Source: Tortispora ganteri (taxonomy: Eukaryota). Taken from it: a stretch of 64,000 nucleotides of DNA. A program made the position numbers and the translations under genes. Location: positions 496,001 to 560,000 of the forward strand of contig PPNB01000001.1 of assembly GCA_003707115.1 (NCBI GenBank), given 5' to 3'. Below are positions 50,979 to 62,307 of this stretch, piece by piece (the first letter of the stretch is position 1; every line of letters starts with the position of its first letter). The notes beneath the pieces are model-generated. The model was not told the DNA's origin and ran no database searches. It saw only the letters and a program-made list of their open reading frames with translations.

Positions 50979-52562
50979 TCATTTAGAGTCGTCCCGCTTG
51001 TCAGTTTCTGTTTCAAGTTTATTAGTGCGCTTGAATGGTGACGTGTTGCGCTTGTTGGGGATCATATTGACGTCAATCTGCTGCTGCGAGGCTAGCCAGC
51101 TCCATACTTTATTTCGTCTATTGCGAACTTCTGGAGAGATTTTCTTTTGGAGACCAAACAAAGAGAGTAAGTCTTTGCGTCTAGACCTTTTGTCTTGAGG
51201 GTATAAGTGATCTAGGTAATCGGCACCATGGAGGTTAGTCATTGAAGGTTGACTCGTGCTATTCGCATTCGATTCTGCGATCAATTGCTCTTGTAAGAGC
51301 TGGTGACGTTCTTCTATTTTGCGCTGGATCCCAGGATGGAGTCCAAGTTTGGAGGCAATTTTCGCCTCGCGAACTAGCGAGCGGTCGTCGAACACCATGT
51401 GAGTCTGTTGAACAGTCCTTAGTTTTCCGAGAGAATGTGTGAGTACCAATACAGAAAACGCGCCCGCTAAAGTGCAGACAAGACCAAATCCAAATTCTGA
51501 TTCTTCAATGAAGTTCTTTAAGTTCATTCCATAGAGGCCTGCAATGAAAGTACCCCCTGCCAGTGACAGTGCGCCAATTGTGAATTTTAAATCGAGTATC
51601 ATAAGTGAGTTGCGGTTGGCATCTAGGATTATATTTGCGATCTCCTCTGTCGACTTAACGTCACTTATTTGGTTGCCCACAAGTTGTACAATTTCGTCCA
51701 GGTACTTGTAGTAAGTTTCAAACATGAATTCGATCTCCTGGTGGTCGGTTATATCATGTGGCTTTCCGAGGGCCTTGTCGGTCAGATACATACCAGACAA
51801 GTCATCATCATTATCTAATGTCTCGTATACTGCATCTCGTATAAGTTTAGCTTTCTGGTAGAATGCGGATAATGCTTTAGACCTAATCAAGAGGTCTCTG
51901 AGTTCTGTTCTTTCTATATTGTTTTCCAGCCGCTGAAGCACCTCTTCAACTTCAGATAAGTTTTTTCGCATTTCAGAGTCCAATGTAGTTACAACTGAAA
52001 TAAATACAGCCTCCAAAGCACGAAATTCATACGGTAACCTGTCCATTTTATGTGCACTTAAGTTTCTCAGTTTACCCTCTAGATCATACATGAACATACT
52101 CTGCGTTTTTGTGTCCACTTCCGACAAGTCAGACCCATTAAAGATCAAGACCTCATCTGACTTGATCAGAGCACGAATTTGAAGAAGATTTAGCAATATG
52201 GAGTTCTCGCGAACCAGAATTGAGGGCACTAGCGACCTAATACTTGGATCGATCTTCCGAAGATCGCGCTGGTTGAGTTTGTACTGATCAATTATTCTGC
52301 TTCTTTTCACCTTTTCTGAAACTACGCTAACCTGACCCTTTGAGTCAAATGCCGTACACCGAATGCTCTTGTCCGATAACGACTTCTTTATTAAGTTCTT
52401 CTGTAAAACGTCCTCACGGCCGTTGTTCGGAATAGGGTACTTTCTGATCCGCAACGGCGTGTTCAGCCGGTTAGCACTTGTCCACGAAAATAATCTAGTA
52501 TCGCGCGCAAGCAAACAATAGTGGGCAGAGCTCCACATGTCACGACATCTCCGTAAAAGCAT
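50979..52562 (-). CDS. MRS2: Mitochondrial CorA-family Mg2+ channel (Mrs2/Lpe10)
   Basis: RDLRKID, PYEFRALE, LDANRNSLM, YGMNLKN motif; start uncertain (ATG 52562 or 52616). Confidence 0.85.
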   Translation of the reverse strand: MLLRRCRDMWSSAHYCLLARDTRLFSWTSANRLNTPLRIRKYPIPNNGREDVLQKNLIKKSLSDKSIRCTAFDSKGQVSVVSEKVKRSRIIDQYKLNQRDLRKIDPSIRSLVPSILVRENSILLNLLQIRALIKSDEVLIFNGSDLSEVDTKTQSMFMYDLEGKLRNLSAHKMDRLPYEFRALEAVFISVVTTLDSEMRKNLSEVEEVLQRLENNIERTELRDLLIRSKALSAFYQKAKLIRDAVYETLDNDDDLSGMYLTDKALGKPHDITDHQEIEFMFETYYKYLDEIVQLVGNQISDVKSTEEIANIILDANRNSLMILDLKFTIGALSLAGGTFIAGLYGMNLKNFIEESEFGFGLVCTLAGAFSVLVLTHSLGKLRTVQQTHMVFDDRSLVREAKIASKLGLHPGIQRKIEERHQLLQEQLIAESNANSTSQPSMTNLHGADYLDHLYPQDKRSRRKDLLSLFGLQKKISPEVRNRRNKVWSWLASQQQIDVNMIPNKRNTSPFKRTNKLETETDKRDDSK

Positions 52563-52971
52563 GTTATAGCCGCAGAGAGCAGGTATTAACAGTGTTAATG
52601 AGCTAAAGCTGCTCATGCTGTGGTGGGGACTATTTTTCAAAATTCATGTTACCCGGCTTAACGGCTGATTTCATTATTTTACGTCTTATATTAGGCATAC
52701 ATTCTATTTTGTTTGTTATTTTACGTGTTTTCATTTTAGGAGTATAATTGTTACGATTTTTGCTTATTTCATTTTTATATACTCTGATTATTATTGTTTA
52801 TTTTTTTGGGATATTGGCGGTCTTACTATCGAGCAAGTACTTCTGTATTATTAGAGAATTTGAATTGTCTGATCGTCTCATTCCTAAGATCCGGAGAATA
52901 TAGACATTTGACATTCATGCATCTCATAAGACAACGAGAGAATTCTTAATAGCTAGATCACAGGCCACTCT

Positions 52972-54114
52972 ATGAATTCTGACAGCGATGATTCCGATCT
53001 TGACCAGATCCTGAACGAATACACAGAGACGCCAATCGTTAAAAGGAGTGCACTAGTGCAGTCGCCCATTGTCGATATCAACGATGCAATCTCAAAATAC
53101 AAGCGGTCAATTGAATCTGTACAAACATTTTCCAAAATTGGGCTAAATGCCAATTCCAGCAAAACTGACACTACTAAGGATACAACAGACCATCTGCTCG
53201 CTGCCGGCGTCGCTGAAGACGACACGGACACGCTAATAAAAACACTGAACCATAAAAGTACAGAAACGATTGTACAGACGGATCACAGTTTTTTCAATTC
53301 AATAAACTGGAATGCATCGCCAGAGAATGTAAGTTCTTTGGTATCCAGCTTATTTCAAGGCTTGGCCCTGCTAAAGAACGCTTCACCGCTTTCAATAGAG
53401 TGCTCTAAAAATTCTTTGCGCAATTTAACGAGTTCAGCGACAGTTACTGAGGCGGAATCTCTAGAAATTTCTCGCGCCGTAGAGAACATGTTGTCAAAAG
53501 ACAAGTCTGAAGCAACTGATCCGTACGTTGTGATATTTGCGATTGTCCAATTGTCTATCGAAACTGTGCTAAGAGCGCCATCTCCGGAATCGCTAGCCTC
53601 TCTGCTGTTGATTGTGGTAAAACTGATTGTGGATTCTCACTACTCACCATACATTCGTTTATTGCATGCTCTTATTACTTCCATCGGTGGGGCCATTGAT
53701 GATGCTCTTTTGATCGCTGAGAAAATTAACGAAAAGATACTTACTGAACCTGAAGCTGTGCGATCAGCGCTCATAATATCGCTGCCGACGCCCACGGTAT
53801 CTTTAATCGATTTAAAAAGACGGCTAGCGTGTGAATTCCTCGGACTTAAAGAGGCCAATGACGCGAAGTCTTGGTCAGAACTGATCCCTAGGACGTCTTC
53901 TATTGACCCAAATATTATCTCTACGAACGCAAATTTGATCCGGTTTGTGCTCTCAGTAGATACCGAAAACTCAGTCGGTTTGTTCAATGACCTCGTTCTC
54001 TTCTCAAGATCAGATAACACTTGGGCGGCGCTCAAGGCCAATGCCTCTGTATCTAATTTGCGTGCGCGGGCTCGTGCGCTCAGCGAAATACCATCGGCGC
54101 GATTCCTCCGATAA
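52972..54114 (+). CDS. Hypothetical helical protein (380 aa)
   Basis: Long ATG-started ORF; acidic N-terminus and helical C-terminal half; family not firmly recognised. Confidence 0.7.
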   Translation: MNSDSDDSDLDQILNEYTETPIVKRSALVQSPIVDINDAISKYKRSIESVQTFSKIGLNANSSKTDTTKDTTDHLLAAGVAEDDTDTLIKTLNHKSTETIVQTDHSFFNSINWNASPENVSSLVSSLFQGLALLKNASPLSIECSKNSLRNLTSSATVTEAESLEISRAVENMLSKDKSEATDPYVVIFAIVQLSIETVLRAPSPESLASLLLIVVKLIVDSHYSPYIRLLHALITSIGGAIDDALLIAEKINEKILTEPEAVRSALIISLPTPTVSLIDLKRRLACEFLGLKEANDAKSWSELIPRTSSIDPNIISTNANLIRFVLSVDTENSVGLFNDLVLFSRSDNTWAALKANASVSNLRARARALSEIPSARFLR

Positions 54115-54447
54115 TCACATACTTCGGAACATAGGCTGTCTATATTTTTGGTGGGGATGTACTAACTCGTGCACAAAATGAAATGGCATCGGCATTTATC
54201 CTGCGATCATCTCCGTGATTTGCTCATAAAGTTGACGCTTACGCGCAATCCCCGGATATTAGCCAATCACAGATGCTGAAGCATGAGCGTTCACAACGCT
54301 CATAATCTACGTCGCTAATGCCGCGTCAGCAAAGTCTCGCAAAAAGTAGCATGCGCATCAATAATACCTTTTTTAAACCAATCGACTAATATGCTTGACC
54401 ATGCTATTAATTAATCTTAGTCATCGGGTGTTCTAGTCGAGAAAAAA

Positions 54448-54475
54448 GGCGCCAAGGTTCCGAAACGGCGCCAAG
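54448..54475 (+). promoter_or_regulatory. Two tandem PacC/Rim101-type sites
   Basis: GGCGCCAAG direct repeat, with GCCAAG at 54451 and 54470. Confidence 0.45.
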
Positions 54476-54644
54476 AGTAGGTTATACTACCTTGAACCTT
54501 ATAGGTGACATATATTCCGTTCCCCAGATATTTAAGCTAGTGCTTTTTTCCTTCGCTATTCCGTGTTTTGAGTATTTACATTTCCAATTATCTCAAACTA
54601 TTATAAAAGACATTATTCTCACAGACACAGGACCAATTATTTCC

Positions 54645-56411
54645 ATGGATAACATAGAAGAGTACAACACTGTGGTAAACGAGTCTCAACAGGCGGTCGA
54701 TTTCCGGCGAAAGTCGGACTCATCCTCAGGTACTTGTCAGGTTGGCACAGAGTCTTCTGATGACGCCACACCTGTCCGCGATAAAGGACTTTCATCCGTC
54801 AAAAAGTTTTTAATAATGCTCGCATTGTGTTTCAATTTACTTTTATCAGCTTTAGATCAAACAATGGTCACTACCGCTCTCCCTTCAGTTCTCGCGCAAC
54901 TTGGAGGATCATCATCCCAGTTCACCTGGGCTACCTCGTCATACTTGTTGGCAGGTTCTGCGTGCATTCCATTAATTGGAAAACTCGCCGATATTTTTGG
55001 CCGTCCTCGACTAGCCTTTGCTGTTATTGTGCTGTTTTTAATTGGTTCAGCTCTTTGTGGTGCTTCACAGAATATCAACATGCTTATTGGAAGTCGTACT
55101 GTCCAAGGTATCGGCGCAGGAGGAATCATTTGCATGGTGCAGATCATCATGGCAGATCTACTTACACCTAAAGAAAGGGGAATTTATGGTTCTATGCTTG
55201 GCTCTACTTGGGGTATTGCTTGTGCTATTGGACCTCTAATTGGCGGTGCTATAGTCGAACATACTACCTGGCGATGGACTTTTCTGATCAACTTGCCCAT
55301 AGGAGGTGTATCGCTGCTGGTGCTGATGTATCTACTCAGAATGAGCGACCCAATGAAGAGCCAGACATTTATGCAGGCTGTGAAAAGAATTGACTTCATT
55401 GGAACAGCACTTGTAGCAGGCGCAACCGTGCTCCTATTTTTAGGCATTGAATGGGGCGGTTTGACATTCCCCTGGGATTCTGCTACTATATTATGCTGTC
55501 TGATCTTTTCAGGTGTAACATATATTCTTTTCTTTGCATGGGAGTACTATTTTGCTAAAGAACCGCTGATTCCATTCCGCATACTGACAAATAGAACTTC
55601 TCTTGGCGCCTATCTTAATACTCTGTTCTACTACATGGTGTTCCTGGGAATAATCTTCTATTTACCAGTTACTTTTCAGTCAGTGTTTGCAAAGGGACCA
55701 CTAGGCGCCGGTGTAGCCATGTTCCCTCTCATTCTGCTCATTCCAGTAGGGGGCGTGATCTCTGGCCTAGTGGTGTCCTATACGTCTCAGTATCGCATCA
55801 TTATCCTACTAGCCTTTTCGTTAATGATTATATCTCTTGCGGTCATTCAATCTTTTGAGGATTATGAAGATTCTTTTGCTAAAGTATTAGGCGTTTCTTC
55901 AATCCTCGGACTAGGATTCGGATTCAATGTGCAGACATCACTTTTACCGGTGTTTGCTGTCACAGATGGCGCAGACAGTGGAACAGCAACTGCGTTTTAC
56001 TCGTTTGTTCGAGATATTGGACAGGCAATTGGACTTTCTACATTTGGTGTTCTTTTCACGAACGAATTCTCGAAACAAGGAGATAATTTGAAACAGACTG
56101 CTTCGCCAGAGTTACTTCAAATCCTTGAGCAATTTAGCGCTAGAACCGCTGTGGAGAACTTAGGACTTATCAAACAGTTGGTCCCGGAACAGTTTATTTT
56201 TTCAATCAGGAATATGTACTACCAGTCCTTTTTGAAACTCTGTATTATGGGCGCGGCATTATCTGGTGTTGGATTCTTGCTGACGTGCATAATGAAACAG
56301 GTGGAAATGCCGGACTATCTCACGTCTACGCACCGGGTGCACGACCGCAATGAAAGTCAGCAGAATGAAGACGAAGAGAAGACCGTGATAGACACTAAAG
56401 AAGCAGTGTAG
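54645..56411 (+). CDS. MFS drug:H+ antiporter, DHA2 (14-TMS) family
   Basis: LSALDQTMVTTALP, GKLADIFGR, WRWTFLINLPIG; ATG at 54645. Confidence 0.9.
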   Translation: MDNIEEYNTVVNESQQAVDFRRKSDSSSGTCQVGTESSDDATPVRDKGLSSVKKFLIMLALCFNLLLSALDQTMVTTALPSVLAQLGGSSSQFTWATSSYLLAGSACIPLIGKLADIFGRPRLAFAVIVLFLIGSALCGASQNINMLIGSRTVQGIGAGGIICMVQIIMADLLTPKERGIYGSMLGSTWGIACAIGPLIGGAIVEHTTWRWTFLINLPIGGVSLLVLMYLLRMSDPMKSQTFMQAVKRIDFIGTALVAGATVLLFLGIEWGGLTFPWDSATILCCLIFSGVTYILFFAWEYYFAKEPLIPFRILTNRTSLGAYLNTLFYYMVFLGIIFYLPVTFQSVFAKGPLGAGVAMFPLILLIPVGGVISGLVVSYTSQYRIIILLAFSLMIISLAVIQSFEDYEDSFAKVLGVSSILGLGFGFNVQTSLLPVFAVTDGADSGTATAFYSFVRDIGQAIGLSTFGVLFTNEFSKQGDNLKQTASPELLQILEQFSARTAVENLGLIKQLVPEQFIFSIRNMYYQSFLKLCIMGAALSGVGFLLTCIMKQVEMPDYLTSTHRVHDRNESQQNEDEEKTVIDTKEAV

Positions 56412-56517
56412 TTCTTGAGTAGAGTACACATGGCATTTATACACTATAGTGAAGATATTTTATATAATAATAATAGATAATGATTGATTTATTGTTGATG
56501 TAAGATTAGAGGCAGCA

Positions 56518-57283
56518 CTAGTCGAAGAACTTTCGTGTAGCCGAAGCGCCAAAGATGGTAGTACGAATGGTAGGGAGAGAGCTTTCAGAGAGGATTTTGA
56601 GGCGTTCTTCAATAGTGTTGGTGACTTCTATTCTACCGTTTCCTCCAACAATAACGACTCCTCCAGATGAAGTGGAGGGTAAATACTGAGTATCGATTGA
56701 CAATTCAACATCTGAGCCGGTTTCCTTCTTGTACTTTTCAGCAGCGGCAGGTAAGGCAGCCTTAGCGACGTCAACGTCACACTCTTTAACTCGCACGGCG
56801 ACCTTGGATTCCATTAAAGCGAAAAGTCCTTCAGTAATCAAACCCTCAATGACAGTCTGGTACTTTGACTTTGATTGGATTGCTTCAGTAGCTTTAGCCA
56901 ATGCTTTTTCAAAAATATCAGAGACTACAGCCTGACGAGCGTCGAGAACTTGGAGACGAATCTTGTTAGAGATGTTTGACTTCTTTATCTGCTGATCGAG
57001 TTCTGCCTGCTTAGTTCGGGCTTCGAAAGCCTCGTCAATAGCAGCTGTTTCTTGGCGTACAATCTGTGCTTTCTCAATAGCAAAGTCTTCATCGGCCTTA
57101 ATTTGAATCTCTCTTGCCTTCTCAAGGGCCTCTTGTTTAATGAATCGCTCCATCTTTTGGAGCTCATTCACCACCTGTTGCAATTGGTTAGTCTCATACG
57201 CATACACATACACAAAAAATAGATGCTATATATGGGGAAAATGTACTTACTTGGTCATCACTAAGAGCTTTGCTAGGAGCCAT
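56518..57283 (-). CDS. VMA4: V-ATPase V1 subunit E; exons 57283-57251 and 57174-56518
   Basis: 76-nt intron 57250-57175 gives MAPSKALSDDQ|VVNELQKM; C-terminus RKFFD. Confidence 0.95.
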
Positions 57284-57918
57284 GTTGATTTATATAGGGC
57301 AATTTGTTAACACAGTCTAGCAAGAATGTGGGCTTTTATCGGTAGTTCAGATTAGAACTGTTGTAGAGACGAAGGCACATCAGGGTTTTAACTTTACCTG
57401 GCGGAAACTCCCGTTGCCATGCAATGTACCACTTCCCCGTTGCTACATCATGTGACCTGACATTCAAGCTAAAACTTTATCACCATCTTCATTATAAGTG
57501 TCCTTTAAAATATATTTACACACCTCCTAGATTTCTTTGAACCTATAGAGTACGTATTGGACTCTTGTTATTTGATACTAATTTAGTGTGTTGCAATTAT
57601 TGCAGTGTCTGTTTTTTTTGAGACATTGTACTGTGATTTTTAAAAACACCCCGCCGATCCAATAGTCTTATATCACCCAACCTAAATACCACTACTCCTC
57701 GTTCCTTCGGTCACTTCAGTTTCTATTTAGGCTCTATTATCTATATTGTCGCATTCTTGCATTCTATTATTTTCTGGTGTGGTTTTATCTTGCGTATTGC
57801 TATTGTTAGACCTGCTTCTTTGTTGAACCTCCAGGCACTATAACTTATCCTTCACATACTTCTGAGAGCGAAAGTGTACATAGCTCAATTTAACTGCCCG
57901 CAGCCACATTTTTTCACA

Positions 57919-59145
57919 ATGTCTGACGCTTTCGCGTCCTGGTCAACTATTACAATCGGTTGCTTATGCGGTATAGCATCTTCAGCGTTTCAGTCAATTG
58001 GACTTACCCTTCAGCGCAAGGCCCATATTCTCGCCCAGGCTGAGGATCAGCTGTTCATTGACGAATTAGAAACTCAACCAACACCATCACCCTCAAATCA
58101 CCGCAAGTTATGGATATATGGCCTTTTGATGTTTTTGGCTGCCAACATATTTGGATCTTCTGTCCAAATCTCAACCTTACCATTAATTATCTTGTCACCC
58201 TTGCAAGCTACCGGTCTAGTCTTCAACTCTATTTGCGCTTCAATTATTATTAATGAATCTTTCACAAAATTATCCGCTTACGGAACAGCACTAGTGGCAC
58301 TAGGTGCAACGTTGATTGCATCTTCTGTCATACCTGAGCCTAACCACACCCTCGCTGTTCTGATCAAACTTCTCCATAGACCTCAGTTCATCATCTGGTT
58401 TGTCCTGAGCTTATTAATCGTCGCATTGTTATTATTTGCCGCATTCTGGCTTGAAAAAAATCAAAATTATATTGCATTATCTTCATCTTCAGTTTCAATA
58501 GTCATTGGAATACTATACGGTGCCGCTTCTAGTGTGCTGTCAGCACACGCTCTATTATTTGCCAAATCCGCTGTCGAGGTACTAATACGGTCGATTTTGG
58601 ACAAAGATAACCAGTTTCGTCTATTTCAGGCTTGGCTACTACCTGGAGCTTTTCTTTTTCTTGCAGTTACTCAGATATATTTGCTCAATATGGGCTTAAG
58701 GTACTGTTCGACCTCAGTTCTGTACCCGCTAGTGTTTGGATGCTACAACCTAGTCGTGATCGTTGATGGAGTCATATACTACGACCAATTTCAGAGGCTC
58801 AACTGGGAGCGTCTGCTGCTCATTATATTTGGAGCAACGGTCTTACTAGTTGGCGTGATCTTACTCTCTTTAAGATTGACTGCACAACATATCATAGAAG
58901 AAGTCTCAACACCCGTTGTTGAAACTCAAAATGCTTACAGCGCATTACTCGAGAACGGGTCTCCATACGCATACAATAGTGTTGACCACCGCCGACTGAG
59001 GAACTTAAGCCATGCTCGTCGAATCACCTTTGACGTCTTTGAGCCCATAATAAATGATGCAAACTCAGATCAAGCCAAACTGCAAAAAACCAGGAAAAGA
59101 AACCATTCTATCACTATAACATCCAGATTATCGAGGAATGACTAA
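57919..59145 (+). CDS. NIPA-like (DUF803) membrane transporter
   Basis: QSIGLTLQRKAH, LPLIILSPLQATGLVFN, TSVLYPLVF; multiple TM segments. Confidence 0.8.
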   Translation: MSDAFASWSTITIGCLCGIASSAFQSIGLTLQRKAHILAQAEDQLFIDELETQPTPSPSNHRKLWIYGLLMFLAANIFGSSVQISTLPLIILSPLQATGLVFNSICASIIINESFTKLSAYGTALVALGATLIASSVIPEPNHTLAVLIKLLHRPQFIIWFVLSLLIVALLLFAAFWLEKNQNYIALSSSSVSIVIGILYGAASSVLSAHALLFAKSAVEVLIRSILDKDNQFRLFQAWLLPGAFLFLAVTQIYLLNMGLRYCSTSVLYPLVFGCYNLVVIVDGVIYYDQFQRLNWERLLLIIFGATVLLVGVILLSLRLTAQHIIEEVSTPVVETQNAYSALLENGSPYAYNSVDHRRLRNLSHARRITFDVFEPIINDANSDQAKLQKTRKRNHSITITSRLSRND

Positions 59146-59192
59146 ATATTATGAATTTTCTATTTTGAATGATGCTGCTATTATGATATCGT

Positions 59193-59888
59193 TTACTCGT
59201 TTGGCACGATGAATGCTGACCCTAGTACAATCGCAGGCTCATAAATATTGTTGTGCTCATACGACAAGGTACCGATTCCTCCGGCCTCTAATATTAAAGA
59301 GGGATTAGACTCGACTGTCCTGCCTACCCATCTAGCAGTAAAGGCGCGAAGAAGATGACCATGGGACACCACTATCACATCGCGGTCTTCCTTTCCTGCG
59401 TTGTCGCTTAATGCAGCACGCTGATACTCTTTGATCTCATTTATGATCCTATCCACTCTTTCTAATACATCACTAGGACCTTCACCGCCTTCACAACCGT
59501 CTCTCCAGATATCCCACTTTCCGCCAATATCTTTAATACCTCGCGACTCACGTAACTGCTGGATCTGTGAAGTAGTGAGGCCTTCGTAATCTCCGTAGTT
59601 CCATTCCTGAATGTCCCCAGTCGTCGTGACAGAAACCTCGCTAAAATCCGGGTGCTCTTCTTTAATTATCTCGAAAGTTTTCTGGGCTCTTTTCCTTGGA
59701 GAAACGTACACTCTCTTCACTCGATCTGGACAGATGAGTCGGTCTGGGCCAATCATGTGCTTGGCTGTGGCATGCACGCGTTTCACGCCATTGCTGGTAA
59801 GATCAAGGTCAGTGATAGAAGTATGTCTACCATTGAGAGACCACTCTGTCTCACCGTGTCTAATGACGAATACTTTAGGCGTTTGCAT
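59193..59888 (-). CDS. SHB17: Sedoheptulose-1,7-bisphosphatase (histidine phosphatase family)
   Basis: RHGETEWS..GRHTSITDLDLT, EWNYGDYEG, WDIWRDGCEGGE, LSYEHNN. Confidence 0.85.
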   Translation of the reverse strand: MQTPKVFVIRHGETEWSLNGRHTSITDLDLTSNGVKRVHATAKHMIGPDRLICPDRVKRVYVSPRKRAQKTFEIIKEEHPDFSEVSVTTTGDIQEWNYGDYEGLTTSQIQQLRESRGIKDIGGKWDIWRDGCEGGEGPSDVLERVDRIINEIKEYQRAALSDNAGKEDRDVIVVSHGHLLRAFTARWVGRTVESNPSLILEAGGIGTLSYEHNNIYEPAIVLGSAFIVPNE

Positions 59889-60073
59889 ATTGCATGTACA
59901 GGTCTCAACTGTTAACGTCGTATTTTCGATGAGCAAAAGCATCCTTGAATTTCACCCTACATTTGCCCTAACCCTGGATAAAATGCCCGTGAATTGATTG
60001 CAACAACACCCAACCGGCTCACCGAAAAGACGCACACATCCCTGCTAACCTATCCCTCGTAACCGATCGACCA

Positions 60074-60553
60074 ATGGGAGCACAACAGTCTCGCTCTTCT
60101 GTCCGAGAGGATGAAAACTCCCGCGTGCTGCTACCGCAGGTACCTCTAGAGCTCTCCTCGAACTTGCTGGCGGACCTCGATTCCTCCATTGAGAGCAGTT
60201 TCGCTAGGTCGCAGTACACGGAACAGTACATACAAAAGCTAGTTACTGAGGCGCTGGCAAAGCAACATGCCGAAGTCGTGTCTACTTTCACCGCTAAACA
60301 GGCAGAAATAGATTCCGCCTTATCGCAGGATAAGCAACTGCCAGTATCGTCGCCTGAAGTAGCCGAAAAGCTTGCAGCACTCAAACAGCGACTCGAAGCT
60401 CGTCCAACGGTGCAGGTGCTCGACGACAAGAGCCTAAAGGCGAAAGAGAAACTCGTCGAATGTTTAGAGACACACACGGGACAGCCTATGAGATGTTTCA
60501 CTGTTGCAGAAGAGTTCAAAAATCAAGTCGACCGCTTAATAGGGGGATTATGA
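60074..60553 (+). CDS. MIC19: MICOS subunit Mic19
   Basis: N-myristoylation start MGAQQS, coiled coil, C-terminal LVECL...PMRC (Cx10C). Confidence 0.8.
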   Translation: MGAQQSRSSVREDENSRVLLPQVPLELSSNLLADLDSSIESSFARSQYTEQYIQKLVTEALAKQHAEVVSTFTAKQAEIDSALSQDKQLPVSSPEVAEKLAALKQRLEARPTVQVLDDKSLKAKEKLVECLETHTGQPMRCFTVAEEFKNQVDRLIGGL

Positions 60554-60669
60554 ATAACGTGACAGTGCCCATATGCCACATTCAATATACAACTATGTAT
60601 TTTTCGGTGTATACAGAAGTAGAATTATCTTGAGATGTAGAATTTATCAGGATAGATGCCGAATAATCT

Positions 60670-62085
60670 TCAGTACAGATGCGACGATTGGTACAGCAGA
60701 ATCAAAGCCGAATCTGATTCTCCACCACCCGACAAAGTTTCAATTCGTCCAGAGTCTACCTCAGTCACTTTATCGTCATTGAACCTCCACCACTTCTCCG
60801 AGCCTGGTTTCTGGCGAGCGAAACATTGATAATGACCTGAATCCGCGGACGAGCCCTGATGCGTCAAAACAGCAGACAATTCATACATGCCTGTTGGATT
60901 GGAATCAGGATCCTTTCGTAAGTCTTCAGCAGTAGCCTCTTCCACCTTTTTACGGAGTTCTTTGGTCGCGTCAGATTCAACTGGAATAGGGTCAGTAGAC
61001 GGACTTTTCTTCGTGCGTTTGGCCAAACGATCGTCTTGTTCAATTTGCCGTCGCAAATCATGTATTAAAGCTCTTACAGGGGTGAGTTTTTCTCGTAATT
61101 CGTCAGTGCAAAGTTCTGTAACATCTAGTTCCATAGGGAATGTTACCTTCCTGAGGATTTTGGATTTTCGTTGTGTATCGCGACGCCAGTAGAAACGTAC
61201 AAAATAAACAAACAAATATTTCGGAAGTCTAGAGACTCTTTTAGTGAGAGTGTATGTAGCATCGCGCTGAAGCGATTGCGAATATTTAGTAATGGATTCA
61301 GTCAAAGAAGCTTTTAAACCGTCGAGCAAAAAGTTCGTGTTAATGGTAATATGACAGGGCATTTTGAGAAACTCTTCTTTGGAAATGACTGGCTCTTCCT
61401 CTGGATTATCGTCACAAACGAGAGTCGTAGAAAGAGTACCACTGAGTGTTGAGGTTACTATCTTGTTCAACTCGCCTTGCTGCGAAGACAATTCGCTCAT
61501 AATTTGCGAAAAGGCCTCTTCAGCGTCTTGTTGGCGTGGTCGGCCATTCTGATCTAGTTCTAGGAACTGCGGGAAAGAGTTCTGGAGTGCTCTAAGGAAT
61601 AGTAGAGGCATGAAGGGCTTAGATGACTTCGAGAGCTGCTTGAACGTATCGCGCATTGTCGCCACAAACCTAGAGCTCCCAGAATAAGATTCTAAAGCCT
61701 TTTGGAGCTCGGGTACTTGTTTCATCAACTGGAGAGATGAATTGAAATAGCATGTATTTCCGAGATTGACCAGGCCAGGAGGGGACATGGCGACAGCGTC
61801 TTCGGCTTGATCAGGGGGTAAATCTTCCATAAACTTCGGTTTTGGGGGCTCTTTGATTTGAGATACAGAACCCAAGAGAAGAAATTGATGGCCAGGAGAT
61901 AATTTTAAAGATGAGAGATCAGTGTCATCCTTGATAACTGTTCCTTTGGACAATAGTTTCTGTCTTTCAGGGGCGACATTGGTCAGCGAGTACAGTTGAG
62001 CTTTAAAGTCCAGCACCGACGCCGCGGGATCAACGTCAACGTTGTAAGATTTGCCGCTGTGTTTAACCACTACAGGAACCGACAT
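60670..62085 (-). CDS. UBP6: Proteasome-associated deubiquitinase
   Basis: N-terminal UBL domain; GLVNLGNTCY, QQDAEE, HQGSSADSGHY, GGGESDSA. Confidence 0.95.
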   Translation of the reverse strand: MSVPVVVKHSGKSYNVDVDPAASVLDFKAQLYSLTNVAPERQKLLSKGTVIKDDTDLSSLKLSPGHQFLLLGSVSQIKEPPKPKFMEDLPPDQAEDAVAMSPPGLVNLGNTCYFNSSLQLMKQVPELQKALESYSGSSRFVATMRDTFKQLSKSSKPFMPLLFLRALQNSFPQFLELDQNGRPRQQDAEEAFSQIMSELSSQQGELNKIVTSTLSGTLSTTLVCDDNPEEEPVISKEEFLKMPCHITINTNFLLDGLKASLTESITKYSQSLQRDATYTLTKRVSRLPKYLFVYFVRFYWRRDTQRKSKILRKVTFPMELDVTELCTDELREKLTPVRALIHDLRRQIEQDDRLAKRTKKSPSTDPIPVESDATKELRKKVEEATAEDLRKDPDSNPTGMYELSAVLTHQGSSADSGHYQCFARQKPGSEKWWRFNDDKVTEVDSGRIETLSGGGESDSALILLYQSSHLY

Positions 62086-62307
62086 TTAGTGCAGCTATAA
62101 GGGATTCTAGTCTGGTTGTTGGTGTTGTTGATACGTGTGGAGTTTGACAGAAATAGTTGATTGTCGAAAGGTTGCGTTAATAAACCCTAACCCTCATTAT
62201 TAATCCACCATACCATGCACCCTTGTTCATTGTAGTCTTTCACCACCGACCGTTCCGTTTGCCATCTGTATAAAGTACCAAAAGGAGGGATTGCGATATT
62301 AGTGATT

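Noticed and set aside
57391..57460. ACTTTACCTGGC resembling the U1 snRNA 5' end
   Set aside because: Extra T in the splice-site-pairing sequence; no U1-70K or U1A loops recognisable
60019..60519. Long antisense ORFs over MIC19 and similar ones over other genes
   Set aside because: Antisense shadows of real coding sequences
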